From positions 1 to 58,548 of the IMG/VR virus record IMGVR_UViG_3300046167_000506: DNA of 58,548 nucleotides; one strand, given 5' to 3'. Origin of the DNA: a virus (lineage: Duplodnaviria; Caudoviricetes). The position numbers and the translations under genes are program-made. The notes beneath the pieces were generated by a model. That model did not search any database and was not told the DNA's origin. It worked only from the letters and a program-made list of their open reading frames with translations. Positions 50,319 through 58,548 of this stretch are shown piece after piece. Position 1 is the first letter of the stretch. Each line of letters starts with the position of its first letter.

Positions 50319-52442
50319 CTAGGCATTGAATTTGTACTTTCGGAAAAACTTCTTTTCAGAAAAGTCTGACTGTATCTTTTCTTTTTTAACCTTTTGCGCT
50401 GCAAGCAAAGCAAGGCCGCTAGATATGGTAAGGTCAAACTTAGTACGATTGTCGATCTTAAATCCAATCCAATCCTCTAGGGTTCTGTTAAAATACAAGT
50501 TCCCGAACTGCATAGTATCTCCGTTGGCCCCTACATGATTATGGATGTAGTCTTCTATGGCCTGGGCATGGGACTGTATAACATCTGCAGAGTTGGATGG
50601 AATCCCTTTTGTTTTGACATTAACTTTGCTAGATGTTGAAGATAGATGCTGAGGGCGATCCATGAGATAGCCGTCATATCCGCGCTGCTCAAAGTATCTA
50701 GCAATGCCGTATTTGTTATTTTCTATAAGTATAGGATACCCATAATAAACAGCAGCCATCAACACATCTTCATAGAATATTTTAGCGAGGGGAGGTCGAG
50801 AAGCATATTCTACTACAAACATGTTAGATGGCGCTGTCATATTAAATTTATTGTAAAGGTGCATCGCACCCTTCGATCCACGCCCGTCAAGTGTTGCATC
50901 AAGGTCGTAACTATCGACTCCACCTACACCAACATGAGCGTTTCCAGGCATACGTTTGCCGCGCTCGTTAACAATCTTATTTCTATCCTCGGCAGAAGGT
51001 TGCCATGCAATTCTAAATCTACCGTTGACATCTGGGGCAAATATAACTTTAGAATCTTGAACTCCGTTTTCCCAGACGAAGTTACCAATAACGACTGGAT
51101 TAGGGTATAGCCCATCGTTGTGTTGCACTTGCTCGTATATCTTAGTAAGATTAAATAAAGAACCCTGGATACTGTCCCGAAAAGCTTCGTCCTCCGTAAA
51201 GGGGAACTGACGTATAACTTCATTGAGCTCCGAGTGATCATCCCGCAAAGACTTACGCTCGTTTTTCAAGAAGGTCTTAGCGCCAATGTCTACCTCTTCG
51301 TCATCAATGCCCATCACTGGTTTTTCTGGGTTATCAATTATTGGATTACCATATCTATCAAAGAACCCCTCTAGTGCCTCGTATGCCGGTATAAATATTC
51401 TATATAGTCCAGACCTTGTCCGGCCATTATCGTTTCGCTGTCTTGGATTTGAATCGGCCCATAAGTCTTTATACTCTTTTCCGCCTTTATCCATAGGGTT
51501 AACGGTAGATCCAACAATAGCAGTTCCAATAATCTTACGCCCTACAATGAGACAAGTCTTTTGTATTCTCCATGCTTCTCGTATATCAGTAGGCCTTTCC
51601 CATTTACCAGCCTCATCCAAGTATAGCATGTGGAGCTTCTCTCCATCGTAAGCGTTATTGGTAGTGTTTTTCCAGTTAATAATAGAATTAAGGGCTTCAC
51701 CTTTACTAGTGGTTTTGTTGTTCTTAGTAATACGCTTACTGGGCTCACGAAATGCAAGCTCTACACGTGGGTTTGTTGTACCATCTTGTATCGGTTTAAA
51801 GAAAAACGGATAGGTTTTAAACATGTATACCACCTTCTTCATGAAGATGTTTTCCTGCGCATCCTTACCCGTCTTAGACTGAAGGCCCAGTAGCTTGTCT
51901 TTCACCTGGGTTGCCTCATCTAACAGCACGGCGGCAGACATATTCGTATATCCAGAACGTCTACACTTGGTATATATCTGACCTAGGCTTCGTGGATCAC
52001 ACTCACACGCACGTTGATGAAGGAACAGCTGGTGCTGAAACTCCAAGTAATATGGATACCCGATGTCGAGCTTTGACCATTGGAGCATCATGTAGTGACG
52101 TCCGGTTAAGTATGTAGCTACGCCGTCGTTCATGAACCAAAGACCCTCGTTGCGTCTAGTAAATTCCCCCTGGATAAAGTCTATGTGTTTATCTCTAAAT
52201 TCTTTTGGAGCTTCAAGCCACTCATCCATAGACCGGATGCGTTTAAGATCAGTAGGCATTTCTGTACGTTGCCAGTATTGATCCTCTTTTTTCTTGTCGC
52301 TAAACAGAATGTCTTTCTTTGCTGGTTTCTTGGGGAGCTGTATAAGCAAGTTAGCTATCTCAATCACCTCACCCGAGGTTCCGTTCGGGCAGATATTGAC
52401 AACCTTCTGGTCATAACCTTCTATGTCTACAAGTCCAGCCAT
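50319..52442 (-). CDS. terL: terminase large subunit
   Basis: KCRRSGYT Walker A variant, LYLDEAGKW Walker B, VGST motif III, GVDSYD nuclease aspartate, ENNK, FDLTISSG. Confidence 0.92.
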   Translation of the reverse strand: MAGLVDIEGYDQKVVNICPNGTSGEVIEIANLLIQLPKKPAKKDILFSDKKKEDQYWQRTEMPTDLKRIRSMDEWLEAPKEFRDKHIDFIQGEFTRRNEGLWFMNDGVATYLTGRHYMMLQWSKLDIGYPYYLEFQHQLFLHQRACECDPRSLGQIYTKCRRSGYTNMSAAVLLDEATQVKDKLLGLQSKTGKDAQENIFMKKVVYMFKTYPFFFKPIQDGTTNPRVELAFREPSKRITKNNKTTSKGEALNSIINWKNTTNNAYDGEKLHMLYLDEAGKWERPTDIREAWRIQKTCLIVGRKIIGTAIVGSTVNPMDKGGKEYKDLWADSNPRQRNDNGRTRSGLYRIFIPAYEALEGFFDRYGNPIIDNPEKPVMGIDDEEVDIGAKTFLKNERKSLRDDHSELNEVIRQFPFTEDEAFRDSIQGSLFNLTKIYEQVQHNDGLYPNPVVIGNFVWENGVQDSKVIFAPDVNGRFRIAWQPSAEDRNKIVNERGKRMPGNAHVGVGGVDSYDLDATLDGRGSKGAMHLYNKFNMTAPSNMFVVEYASRPPLAKIFYEDVLMAAVYYGYPILIENNKYGIARYFEQRGYDGYLMDRPQHLSSTSSKVNVKTKGIPSNSADVIQSHAQAIEDYIHNHVGANGDTMQFGNLYFNRTLEDWIGFKIDNRTKFDLTISSGLALLAAQKVKKEKIQSDFSEKKFFRKYKFNA

Positions 52443-52468
52443 AAAAACACTAACATGAAAGTTAGCAG

Positions 52469-52663
52469 CTATTTGATTAGGAGTCTGTCTATTTTCTCTG
52501 GATCAAACTCTCTGATTCTACATAAACGTTCGTTCTCCAGGGCTCGTGCTTTAGCGTATTGTTCTGGTGTGCTATCAGAGCCTAGCTCTGTAAACATCTT
52601 AGCATTCCTGCGTAACACACAGTCAATTACCATCTTAGCTTTTGGGTCGTCTCTATAACTCAT
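52469..52663 (-). CDS. hypothetical protein
   Basis: 64 aa; ATGA overlap. Confidence 0.6.
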   Translation of the reverse strand: MSYRDDPKAKMVIDCVLRRNAKMFTELGSDSTPEQYAKARALENERLCRIREFDPEKIDRLLIK

Positions 52664-53034
52664 AATGATATAAAGGTAGTAAAAGCTATTTTAATCCTCG
52701 TCCACAGACGCTGAATCCAGTTCATTCCCAGGAATTCGTCGGTATCAAAAAAAGCTTCTGGCCCCTCAATTATAACATCCCACTCTAAATCCTCTGCAAA
52801 AATAGGAGTGTTATCACCAACATACGCATTGAAGGTGTTATACTCTAGCCAGTCAATAGCTTCCTCACTGCTCATTTCATCCATAACACAAAGCTTGTCT
52901 ATACATTGGCTTCTTGAGTATATAACCTTCCAGCCCACTGGGTCAAATCCAATGATGCAGTCGTCATATCCATCTGCAAAAAGTATGTCTTCTGAGTCTG
53001 CGTAAAGTTCGATGATTGTTTCTTTTTTATTCAT
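52660..53034 (-). CDS. conserved phage hypothetical protein
   Basis: ADGYDDCIIG..MSSEEAIDWLEYNT..AYVGDNTPIF. Confidence 0.75.
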   Translation of the reverse strand: MNKKETIIELYADSEDILFADGYDDCIIGFDPVGWKVIYSRSQCIDKLCVMDEMSSEEAIDWLEYNTFNAYVGDNTPIFAEDLEWDVIIEGPEAFFDTDEFLGMNWIQRLWTRIKIAFTTFISL

Positions 53035-53528
53035 AACAGTTTATTTAATTGCTCTAAATTCATTAAGTAACAGTCGTAAGCAAACCTCCAATCTCTGTTA
53101 GCTAGCTCACCTGGATCAAGATCACCTTTCTTGTGGAATGTAGCTCTTTTAAAGAACTCATCCTTCGGCATATATCCCGCTATGTATACTTTGCTCATGT
53201 CGTTCATTACATAAGTAAACATGTAATAATCACAGCGCTGCTTTGTATTCCACGCAGAGACGGTCACCCGAAAGCCTTCTCTAGGCTCGTAGTTTGTCCT
53301 CTTGCTTTTTACGTCAATAGTTAATCCATTTGCTTTAAGATCGTAATCGTATGTACTAATATCAATAACCTCGTTTTTTCTTTTTTCTAATACGTCCAAC
53401 ACAACAATCTCACCTAGGGCGCCAGCAAGGTTTCCGTCACCTTTAGTGATAGAACCGTTGAGCTCTTGAAACTCAAATCTAGTTTCTGCTCTACTTAACT
53501 GCTCCTTTGTGACATCAATCTTTATCAC
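53031..53528 (-). CDS. PD-(D/E)XK-like nuclease-fold protein
   Basis: GALGE..YDYDL..IDVKSK pattern. Confidence 0.6.
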   Translation of the reverse strand: MIKIDVTKEQLSRAETRFEFQELNGSITKGDGNLAGALGEIVVLDVLEKRKNEVIDISTYDYDLKANGLTIDVKSKRTNYEPREGFRVTVSAWNTKQRCDYYMFTYVMNDMSKVYIAGYMPKDEFFKRATFHKKGDLDPGELANRDWRFAYDCYLMNLEQLNKLL

Positions 53529-53876
53529 CGTCGGTCATCTTTTTAAATAAGTATATGTGCCAGGCAGCGGTGATTAGTATCACCACCACCCAATCAATTA
53601 CATTCGATCCCATACTCGTCTCGATCTCGATCACACAGTGCTACCATGTCTTTCATCTCTCTTTGGTGTTAAAGGTTTGCGCCTATTTTTATATGCTTGC
53701 GCCTATAATTTGACTGATAAACCCATCATTATATGCTTAAACGCTCATTAATGACGCAAATAAGCGACATTCAGTCTGTTTAAATAAACATTATCGTTCT
53801 GTATCATCTTTGGTGTTAGTTAGATACATAAACAATACGCTAAGAAGTAAAGTAAGTACTATTAGTGTCTTCATCT

Positions 53877-54272
53877 CTATTTTGTTTTAGCAGAGTTTGG
53901 GTTAACTTCAAAGTGATTACCAAACGGATCTTCTTTAATCTCCTTGTCAAGAATCTCTTGTTGCCAGTCTTTCAGATCGTTAGCTCTTGTTTCTTCAAGT
54001 ACTACTTTAAGCCCACCAATTTCCTCCAGCGTCATATCTACAATAAGGTCTACCTTGGATTTTATCTCATCGAACAGATTAGAATCTGTCATATCGAGGG
54101 CAGCAACCTTATCATTGATTGTTTGCTCGATAGTTTTTTCTAAGCCATTGATCTTATTCTTTAGACCTTGCTTATAGATGTTTGTGCCTTTAACGTCGTC
54201 CATTATTTCCAGTGCGCTTTGGAGCAGCACTGTTGTTTTGACTAGCGTCTTAAAAAGATTTGCGTCTATCAT
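53877..54272 (-). CDS. hypothetical helical protein
   Basis: 131-aa ORF; ATGA overlap. Confidence 0.65.
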   Translation of the reverse strand: MIDANLFKTLVKTTVLLQSALEIMDDVKGTNIYKQGLKNKINGLEKTIEQTINDKVAALDMTDSNLFDEIKSKVDLIVDMTLEEIGGLKVVLEETRANDLKDWQQEILDKEIKEDPFGNHFEVNPNSAKTK

Positions 54273-54562
54273 TTTGAAAACTTCTCTGCGAACCCGCCGG
54301 AGAAATCCGACTGTTCTGTTATACCTCCCGTTTGCCTTAATTCTTTTACCATTTGCTCCAACCGCTGCCTTTCCTGCAGCAGCTCTCGAGCGTCGGTAGC
54401 TGTAATCTTTATTGCTTGTAGCTCAGCTTTGCGCTGCGAACCACCAGCATCCGGATCAACGGGCTTGCGTATCTCGTCAATCATGTTGTTAATGGCCACC
54501 TCCATGGATGACATTAGCCTTTCAGCTGCGTCAAGCGTTGTGAACTTCTTCGATTTCGACAT
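54269..54562 (-). CDS. conserved helical protein, terminase small subunit candidate
   Basis: two long helices and C-terminal GGFAEKFSK; upstream of terL in the same operon; function inferred from position only. Confidence 0.45.
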   Translation of the reverse strand: MSKSKKFTTLDAAERLMSSMEVAINNMIDEIRKPVDPDAGGSQRKAELQAIKITATDARELLQERQRLEQMVKELRQTGGITEQSDFSGGFAEKFSK

Positions 54563-55127
54563 AAAGCAAGTCATCAAACCTCATTCTCCAATACGTTTCC
54601 CCTTCCATCTCGATTTCGTAATCTGAGTTTGCGGAAAATCCTACGATGTCGCCAATTCTAAGGCTAGCCTCTTCAAGGGTTTTATTTATAAACGCTATCT
54701 TACCTCGTTTATTTTTACCTTTATCAGAACTTATTATCTGGATAATATCGCTCTTGAGCGTGTCTTCTTCTTCGATAGGGTGTAGCAGTACCCATTCGGA
54801 TAGAGCCCGAATCCCCTCCTTATCTTTTACCGCAAATGCTTGAGAAGCATATGGTGTATCGGGGTGATACCTTACAATGAAGATGGATTCACCGTTGTAG
54901 GTAATACCTTGTCCTTTGTCCATTACTACATGATGGTGAAAGTAGAGCGTGTCACCCGGCTCGGCAACTTTTTCGTAACGCATAGGAACAGAAACTATTT
55001 CACCTTCCATTACCCGATGCTGAAACTCATCAAACTTTGGATCTAGGTAAAGTTCCTGCCCGTTCACCTCGATGGTGTTTTTAAACCTCTTAGGCATACG
55101 CACTAAGAAGTTCTCGAGCATTTTCAT
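54531..55127 (-). CDS. tandem GroES-like (co-chaperonin) protein
   Basis: two GroES-like repeats: FLV..GEIVSVP..EPGDTLYF and ALSEWVLLHPIEEE..RGKI..IGDIVGF..YEIEMEGETYWRMRFDDL. Confidence 0.75.
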   Translation of the reverse strand: MKMLENFLVRMPKRFKNTIEVNGQELYLDPKFDEFQHRVMEGEIVSVPMRYEKVAEPGDTLYFHHHVVMDKGQGITYNGESIFIVRYHPDTPYASQAFAVKDKEGIRALSEWVLLHPIEEEDTLKSDIIQIISSDKGKNKRGKIAFINKTLEEASLRIGDIVGFSANSDYEIEMEGETYWRMRFDDLLYVEIEEVHNA

Positions 55128-55130
55128 AAG

Positions 55131-55364
55131 CTAGAAATTTAAGTCATATTCAATTAAGCAGGGTACGTTCTCTACTGTTTTCCACAGCATTAAACCTTCC
55201 TCCCCTTTCAAATATACTAAATATCTTTTGATTGAGTACTTTACGAGATGCTTTTCATCCAGAACGATGGAGTCTACTTTCATCTGGCCTACACGCATAC
55301 CTATGTAATAAGCCATAGCGTCCTTGGGGTTTTGCCCAATGACAATCTTTCTAATTAGATTCAT
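55131..55364 (-). CDS. conserved phage hypothetical protein
   Basis: IRKIVIG..KDAMAY.IG..LWK..P..IEYDL. Confidence 0.75.
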   Translation of the reverse strand: MNLIRKIVIGQNPKDAMAYYIGMRVGQMKVDSIVLDEKHLVKYSIKRYLVYLKGEEGLMLWKTVENVPCLIEYDLNF

Positions 55365-55365
55365 A

Positions 55366-55656
55366 TTAATTAATTCTGTCTAGCCACCAATCAACAGTTC
55401 CCTCTGGAGGATCTTCCTTGTCGCGCTCCCATGCTTCAATCATGAAGTCCATGATTTCTTCAAACTCATCATCACTGTCAAACACGTGGTCGTACACTGC
55501 GTTAAGTTTATTCTCCTCTTCATCTTCTTCTAGGTTAATTAAACCCACGAAACAAGAAAGCACCAATCGATCATCAACCCCTAGTTCATAAGCCATCTCT
55601 TTAATGGTTGCGAGAACAGTTGCTATAGTCTCTAGAAACTCTTGGTCGGTAGACAT
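55366..55656 (-). CDS. acidic hypothetical protein
   Basis: 96 aa; preceded by a TAnnTTTG box. Confidence 0.65.
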   Translation of the reverse strand: MSTDQEFLETIATVLATIKEMAYELGVDDRLVLSCFVGLINLEEDEEENKLNAVYDHVFDSDDEFEEIMDFMIEAWERDKEDPPEGTVDWWLDRIN

Positions 55657-55681
55657 ATTATTTTTAATTTAGATACTCTAA

Positions 55682-55689
55682 CAAATATA
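55682..55689 (-). promoter_or_regulatory. Bacteroidota -7 promoter box (TATATTTG)
   Basis: upstream of the operon running to terL. Confidence 0.6.
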
Positions 55690-55709
55690 ATTCAAATACT
55701 AAGGCGCAC

Positions 55710-56240
55710 ATGGGAGGATCTGTTTCAATACCACCGATTATCAATTCGCAATACTTTGCTGCTCAGCATCTTTGGAATGAACTTAAGAAAGATTATAGCA
55801 TAAAAGAAAACCGGAAGAGAGAAAATGTTCGTATCCGGCAAGCTTTTGCAGTTGCTCTGACAAATGAAACTGGGCTTACATATTCCGCTATTGGCAACGT
55901 AATGAGTAAGAATCACGCTACGATTATACATTGCAGGAGAAACCACGAGTCAAATATGCTTTACGATCCGCATTACCCGGAGATATATGATTTAATGTGT
56001 AGAAAGATTTACGACATGATTATTGCCGGTAGCGACGAAACCCGTGCGATACTCAACCGCAAGTACTATTTCTCAGAACAAAATGTCGAGAATTACTTTA
56101 TGGCTATCGAAAAGAAGTATAAGCGTAAGTTAGAGCATATGATTACTGAGAATACTGCTTTAAAAAAGCACGTTCAAGATTTAACGAAAAGAAACAATAA
56201 TCTTCATGAACTTTATGCGAGACTTAAAAACCTTTCATAA
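55710..56240 (+). CDS. DnaA C-terminal (domain IV)-like HTH protein with coiled coil
   Basis: RKRENVRIRQ..LTYSAIG..KNHATIIH matches the DnaA_C signature. Confidence 0.75.
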   Translation: MGGSVSIPPIINSQYFAAQHLWNELKKDYSIKENRKRENVRIRQAFAVALTNETGLTYSAIGNVMSKNHATIIHCRRNHESNMLYDPHYPEIYDLMCRKIYDMIIAGSDETRAILNRKYYFSEQNVENYFMAIEKKYKRKLEHMITENTALKKHVQDLTKRNNNLHELYARLKNLS

Positions 56241-56671
56241 TGCCCAGGAGTCAAGTTAAAAAGTCTAAAATGTTCCGCGAGTTTTCTAAACAACCGGAGC
56301 GGTATATAAAGAACAACTACGCTAAGTACGTAAAGGAAGCTTTCCGCATTATGGCGGATAAATATGATGTCTCCCGCGCTGAGATGGAATTCATGCTTTT
56401 TGTTTATGACTTGGAGTTCTTTACTTTGGACTGGGTATCTGAAGAGATGGGGTTGTCTAGGAAAAAGCTAGCCCCCCGGGTGGTATATCCTTTGTTGAAG
56501 AGAGAGTATCTATACAAACACTTCGACAAGCTGTCTCCAAAAACAGAACTCGATCAGATGTTCCATGAAAACAAGTACAACTATCGAGTCCGTTATGCAT
56601 TATCCCAGAAGGGACGCTTAAATGTACAGCGGTTCTACAGAAAACTGGAGAGCCCCTCTAGTATTATCTAG
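56240..56671 (+). CDS. MarR-like winged-helix protein
   Basis: KYDVSRAEMEFMLFVY..PLLKREYL..YALSQKGR; TAATG coupling. Confidence 0.65.
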   Translation: MPRSQVKKSKMFREFSKQPERYIKNNYAKYVKEAFRIMADKYDVSRAEMEFMLFVYDLEFFTLDWVSEEMGLSRKKLAPRVVYPLLKREYLYKHFDKLSPKTELDQMFHENKYNYRVRYALSQKGRLNVQRFYRKLESPSSII

Positions 56672-57093
56672 CGTCTACGGCGCCTTTTCTTATTTATCTC
56701 ACGCGCAGCAGCTTCTTGCTTCATGCGTTGAATGTCCGGATCATCTTCAAACGGGTCGCTTCCACCAAGAGAAGACCCAAAACTATCCTCAAACATATCT
56801 GATATAGAAGAAGCTTTCTGGTCGGCGACCTCTGAATCTACTTGATAAGCGCGCATGTCGTCGTCACTGCGCCAAGCACCACTGTCGATAAACTTCTTGG
56901 TTTGCTCCTCGCGCTGAAAAAGATCGAGATCCGGGTAGGTTTCTTTTAAGAATGATTCAAACCCTAATAATCGGTTTGCTTCTTCCCCTTCCCAGGTCAT
57001 TGTTTTTCCGTCCGCACCGTTGTAGGTGAATCGTTTTGCTTCTCCCGAAGGTATTGACTTGGGTGGATCAACTGGTTTTTTGGATATTCTCAT
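56668..57093 (-). CDS. hypothetical protein
   Basis: 141 aa; VDPPK near the N-terminus; poly-Arg C-terminus. Confidence 0.6.
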   Translation of the reverse strand: MRISKKPVDPPKSIPSGEAKRFTYNGADGKTMTWEGEEANRLLGFESFLKETYPDLDLFQREEQTKKFIDSGAWRSDDDMRAYQVDSEVADQKASSISDMFEDSFGSSLGGSDPFEDDPDIQRMKQEAAAREINKKRRRRR

Positions 57094-57488
57094 TTTTCTA
57101 GATCATTTATTTCTTTTGCCTGCTTAATTGCCATGGCACTCTTTAGCACTCTCTTGTAGTTCTGAGACCACCACGAAGGGTTAGCCGCGCTCTTGTACAT
57201 ATTAAACCCCTTTGTCACTGCTTTAACACCCGTACGACCGGATAGTATATCAAATATTGGGTATCTAGGCTTAAGTGCATGAACAGCTGTGGAATTACCT
57301 ACAGCCTTGTTATAGTTCCATTGTGTGTTAGCGGACGCAGTCATGAGAGGAGCTTTTGCTGTAACCGTAGTTTCCGGAGCTATACCCATACTATGCACAT
57401 ATCCTGGCATTTTAGACCGAAGACTTGGCGGTATATACCTATACTTCTCGTTATGATCTGGAATTGATATGGGTTTCTTTTCTAGCAT
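57090..57488 (-). CDS. hypothetical protein
   Basis: 132 aa; coupled overlaps. Confidence 0.55.
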   Translation of the reverse strand: MLEKKPISIPDHNEKYRYIPPSLRSKMPGYVHSMGIAPETTVTAKAPLMTASANTQWNYNKAVGNSTAVHALKPRYPIFDILSGRTGVKAVTKGFNMYKSAANPSWWSQNYKRVLKSAMAIKQAKEINDLEK

Positions 57489-57733
57489 TACGCTCTGTAT
57501 CTAGCGGTTTTCTTTGCAACGGAGGCGGGTTGCTTTACATGCTGCTTCCCTTTTTTGTTTCCTTTGGATTTTGCGGCGTTGGTAGCTGCGATTTCACCTT
57601 TGCTAAGATTTCTCCATGCCGCAGCTGGTAGGTATCTCTTCTTACCTTTGCTTGGTTTGCCATCGCTTGTCTTCCAATTTTGACGTGTCCACTTGCGCAA
57701 AGATTGTTGCGCTTTCTTTAAAACCCCAGGCAT
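57488..57733 (-). CDS. small basic phage protein (DUF5872-associated)
   Basis: QQSLRKWTRQNWKT..KRYLPAAAW..LS. Confidence 0.7.
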   Translation of the reverse strand: MPGVLKKAQQSLRKWTRQNWKTSDGKPSKGKKRYLPAAAWRNLSKGEIAATNAAKSKGNKKGKQHVKQPASVAKKTARYRA

Positions 57734-57951
57734 CAGTTCTTATACCCTCCCCCGGCAGCTTTATATCGTTTAGCTAATAGTTGTGCTTTTCTAGCGGACC
57801 ACTGACCAGCACGTCCACCCGAAGTCCCACGCATGATCGCTTGAAACAACCGCTTACGTAATCCAGGCTGTGTATAGTTACCAGACTCGTTAACACGAGA
57901 CTTCGTCTTACCGCCCTTTTTATACTTAGCTAAAATATTTTTAGTATACAT
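57733..57951 (-). CDS. DUF5872-like small basic protein
   Basis: NYTQPGLRKRL..GGRAGQWSARKAQLLAKRYKAAGGGY. Confidence 0.75.
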   Translation of the reverse strand: MYTKNILAKYKKGGKTKSRVNESGNYTQPGLRKRLFQAIMRGTSGGRAGQWSARKAQLLAKRYKAAGGGYKN

Positions 57952-57958
57952 AGTATCA

Positions 57959-57966
57959 CAAAGATA
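57959..57966 (-). promoter_or_regulatory. Bacteroidota -7 promoter box (TATCTTTG)
   Basis: 7 nt upstream of the ATG at 57951. Confidence 0.6.
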
Positions 57967-58548
57967 CTAAACAAACAAAATCAAATCTCCAGACTCCACA
58001 TCATCGTAGAACTCACAGATGCAGTAATTAGAATTGCATTCACACATATTCCTCCCCCCATTAATAATTAAACACAGCACACCCTATTACACTCCTAAGT
58101 TAGCAACTCGGGTTTTTAGCGGTAAAAGACCGGGGTCGTCAGAACCCCGAGTCATTATCTCTCGCAAGCTTAGTGCGAAGTTACACATTTTATTTGATAA
58201 AATCAACCCCTTCGGCATTTTTGTATTACCGAATATACACCATACACTTAAAGTTCTACTTCAATTCCGCCCCGTTAAAATACCTCGATAAATTTTTCAG
58301 TCATTCAGATCGTGGGGATTATACGTCATACGTGTGGCCGGCGAACAGAAACGGAAATCGATTGTGCAAACCCAGGGTATCGATATGCAAAACGTAAACG
58401 TAAAAACTTCCAGCGTTTTACCTACTAACTATCTGGGAATCAGACTACTATATAGCTATACCTCCACCGGCACTTGAGCTAAACCAAGCTAACCTGCTCT
58501 GACTGAGGAAACTACTGAGCGGCACATCAGCTCCCCAGTTATCCTCGA

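Noticed and set aside
53520-53875. Tiny minus-strand ORFs (e.g. MKTLIVLTLLLSVLFMYLTNTKDDTER; MVALCDRDRDEYGSNVIDWVVVIL...)
   Set aside because: Plausible membrane peptides, but too short and possibly affected by indels to call with confidence.
8051-54843. Numerous 60-185 aa + strand ORFs antisense to structural genes (e.g. 34231-34788, 41887-42393, 49597-50061)
   Set aside because: They are shadow ORFs fully overlapping well-supported minus-strand genes, with no recognisable motifs.
1-58548. Alternative genetic code (stop-codon reassignment as in some crAss-like phages)
   Set aside because: Long ORFs are intact under code 11, all three stops end genes at overlaps, and the breaks are frame changes rather than in-frame stops.
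1-58548. CRISPR array, tRNA genes or integrase/att sites
   Set aside because: No regularly spaced repeats, cloverleaf-like sequences or recombinase motifs were recognised by eye; tRNAscan-SE/ARAGORN would be the definitive test.

Overview
A large fragment (possibly most of a genome) of a tailed dsDNA phage, most likely a short-tailed phage of a Bacteroidota/Flavobacteria-type host. Host evidence: 11 TAnnTTTG Bacteroidota -7 promoter boxes lie just upstream of minus-strand genes, and the primase has a BT4734/VirE-N-like domain. The + strand (1-7533) carries early, recombination and replication genes: ERF annealase, PD-(D/E)XK exonuclease, SSB-like protein, primase-helicase, resolvase-like nuclease and a GIY-YIG-like protein. 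The - strand (7523-57951) carries lysis genes, internal virion proteins, a crAss-like tail module, the major capsid protein, scaffold, envelope-targeted accessory genes, long tail fibres, portal, terminase and a tandem GroES-like protein. The standout is a ~3570-aa virion polyprotein (8351-19075, split here by three apparent extra bases). In it, a zincin-like EExxH..EE protease domain is followed by three cassettes: two protein-kinase-fold domains and a DUF7178/HhH-glycosylase-like domain. Each cassette is bracketed by a repeated [GD][DN]RAR[LI] peptide, which suggests a self-processing, injected effector polyprotein. Several genes contain isolated indels that look like sequencing or assembly errors. 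All family assignments come from recognising motifs by eye; no searches were run. I saw no tRNA, rRNA, CRISPR array, integrase, DNA polymerase or RNA polymerase.
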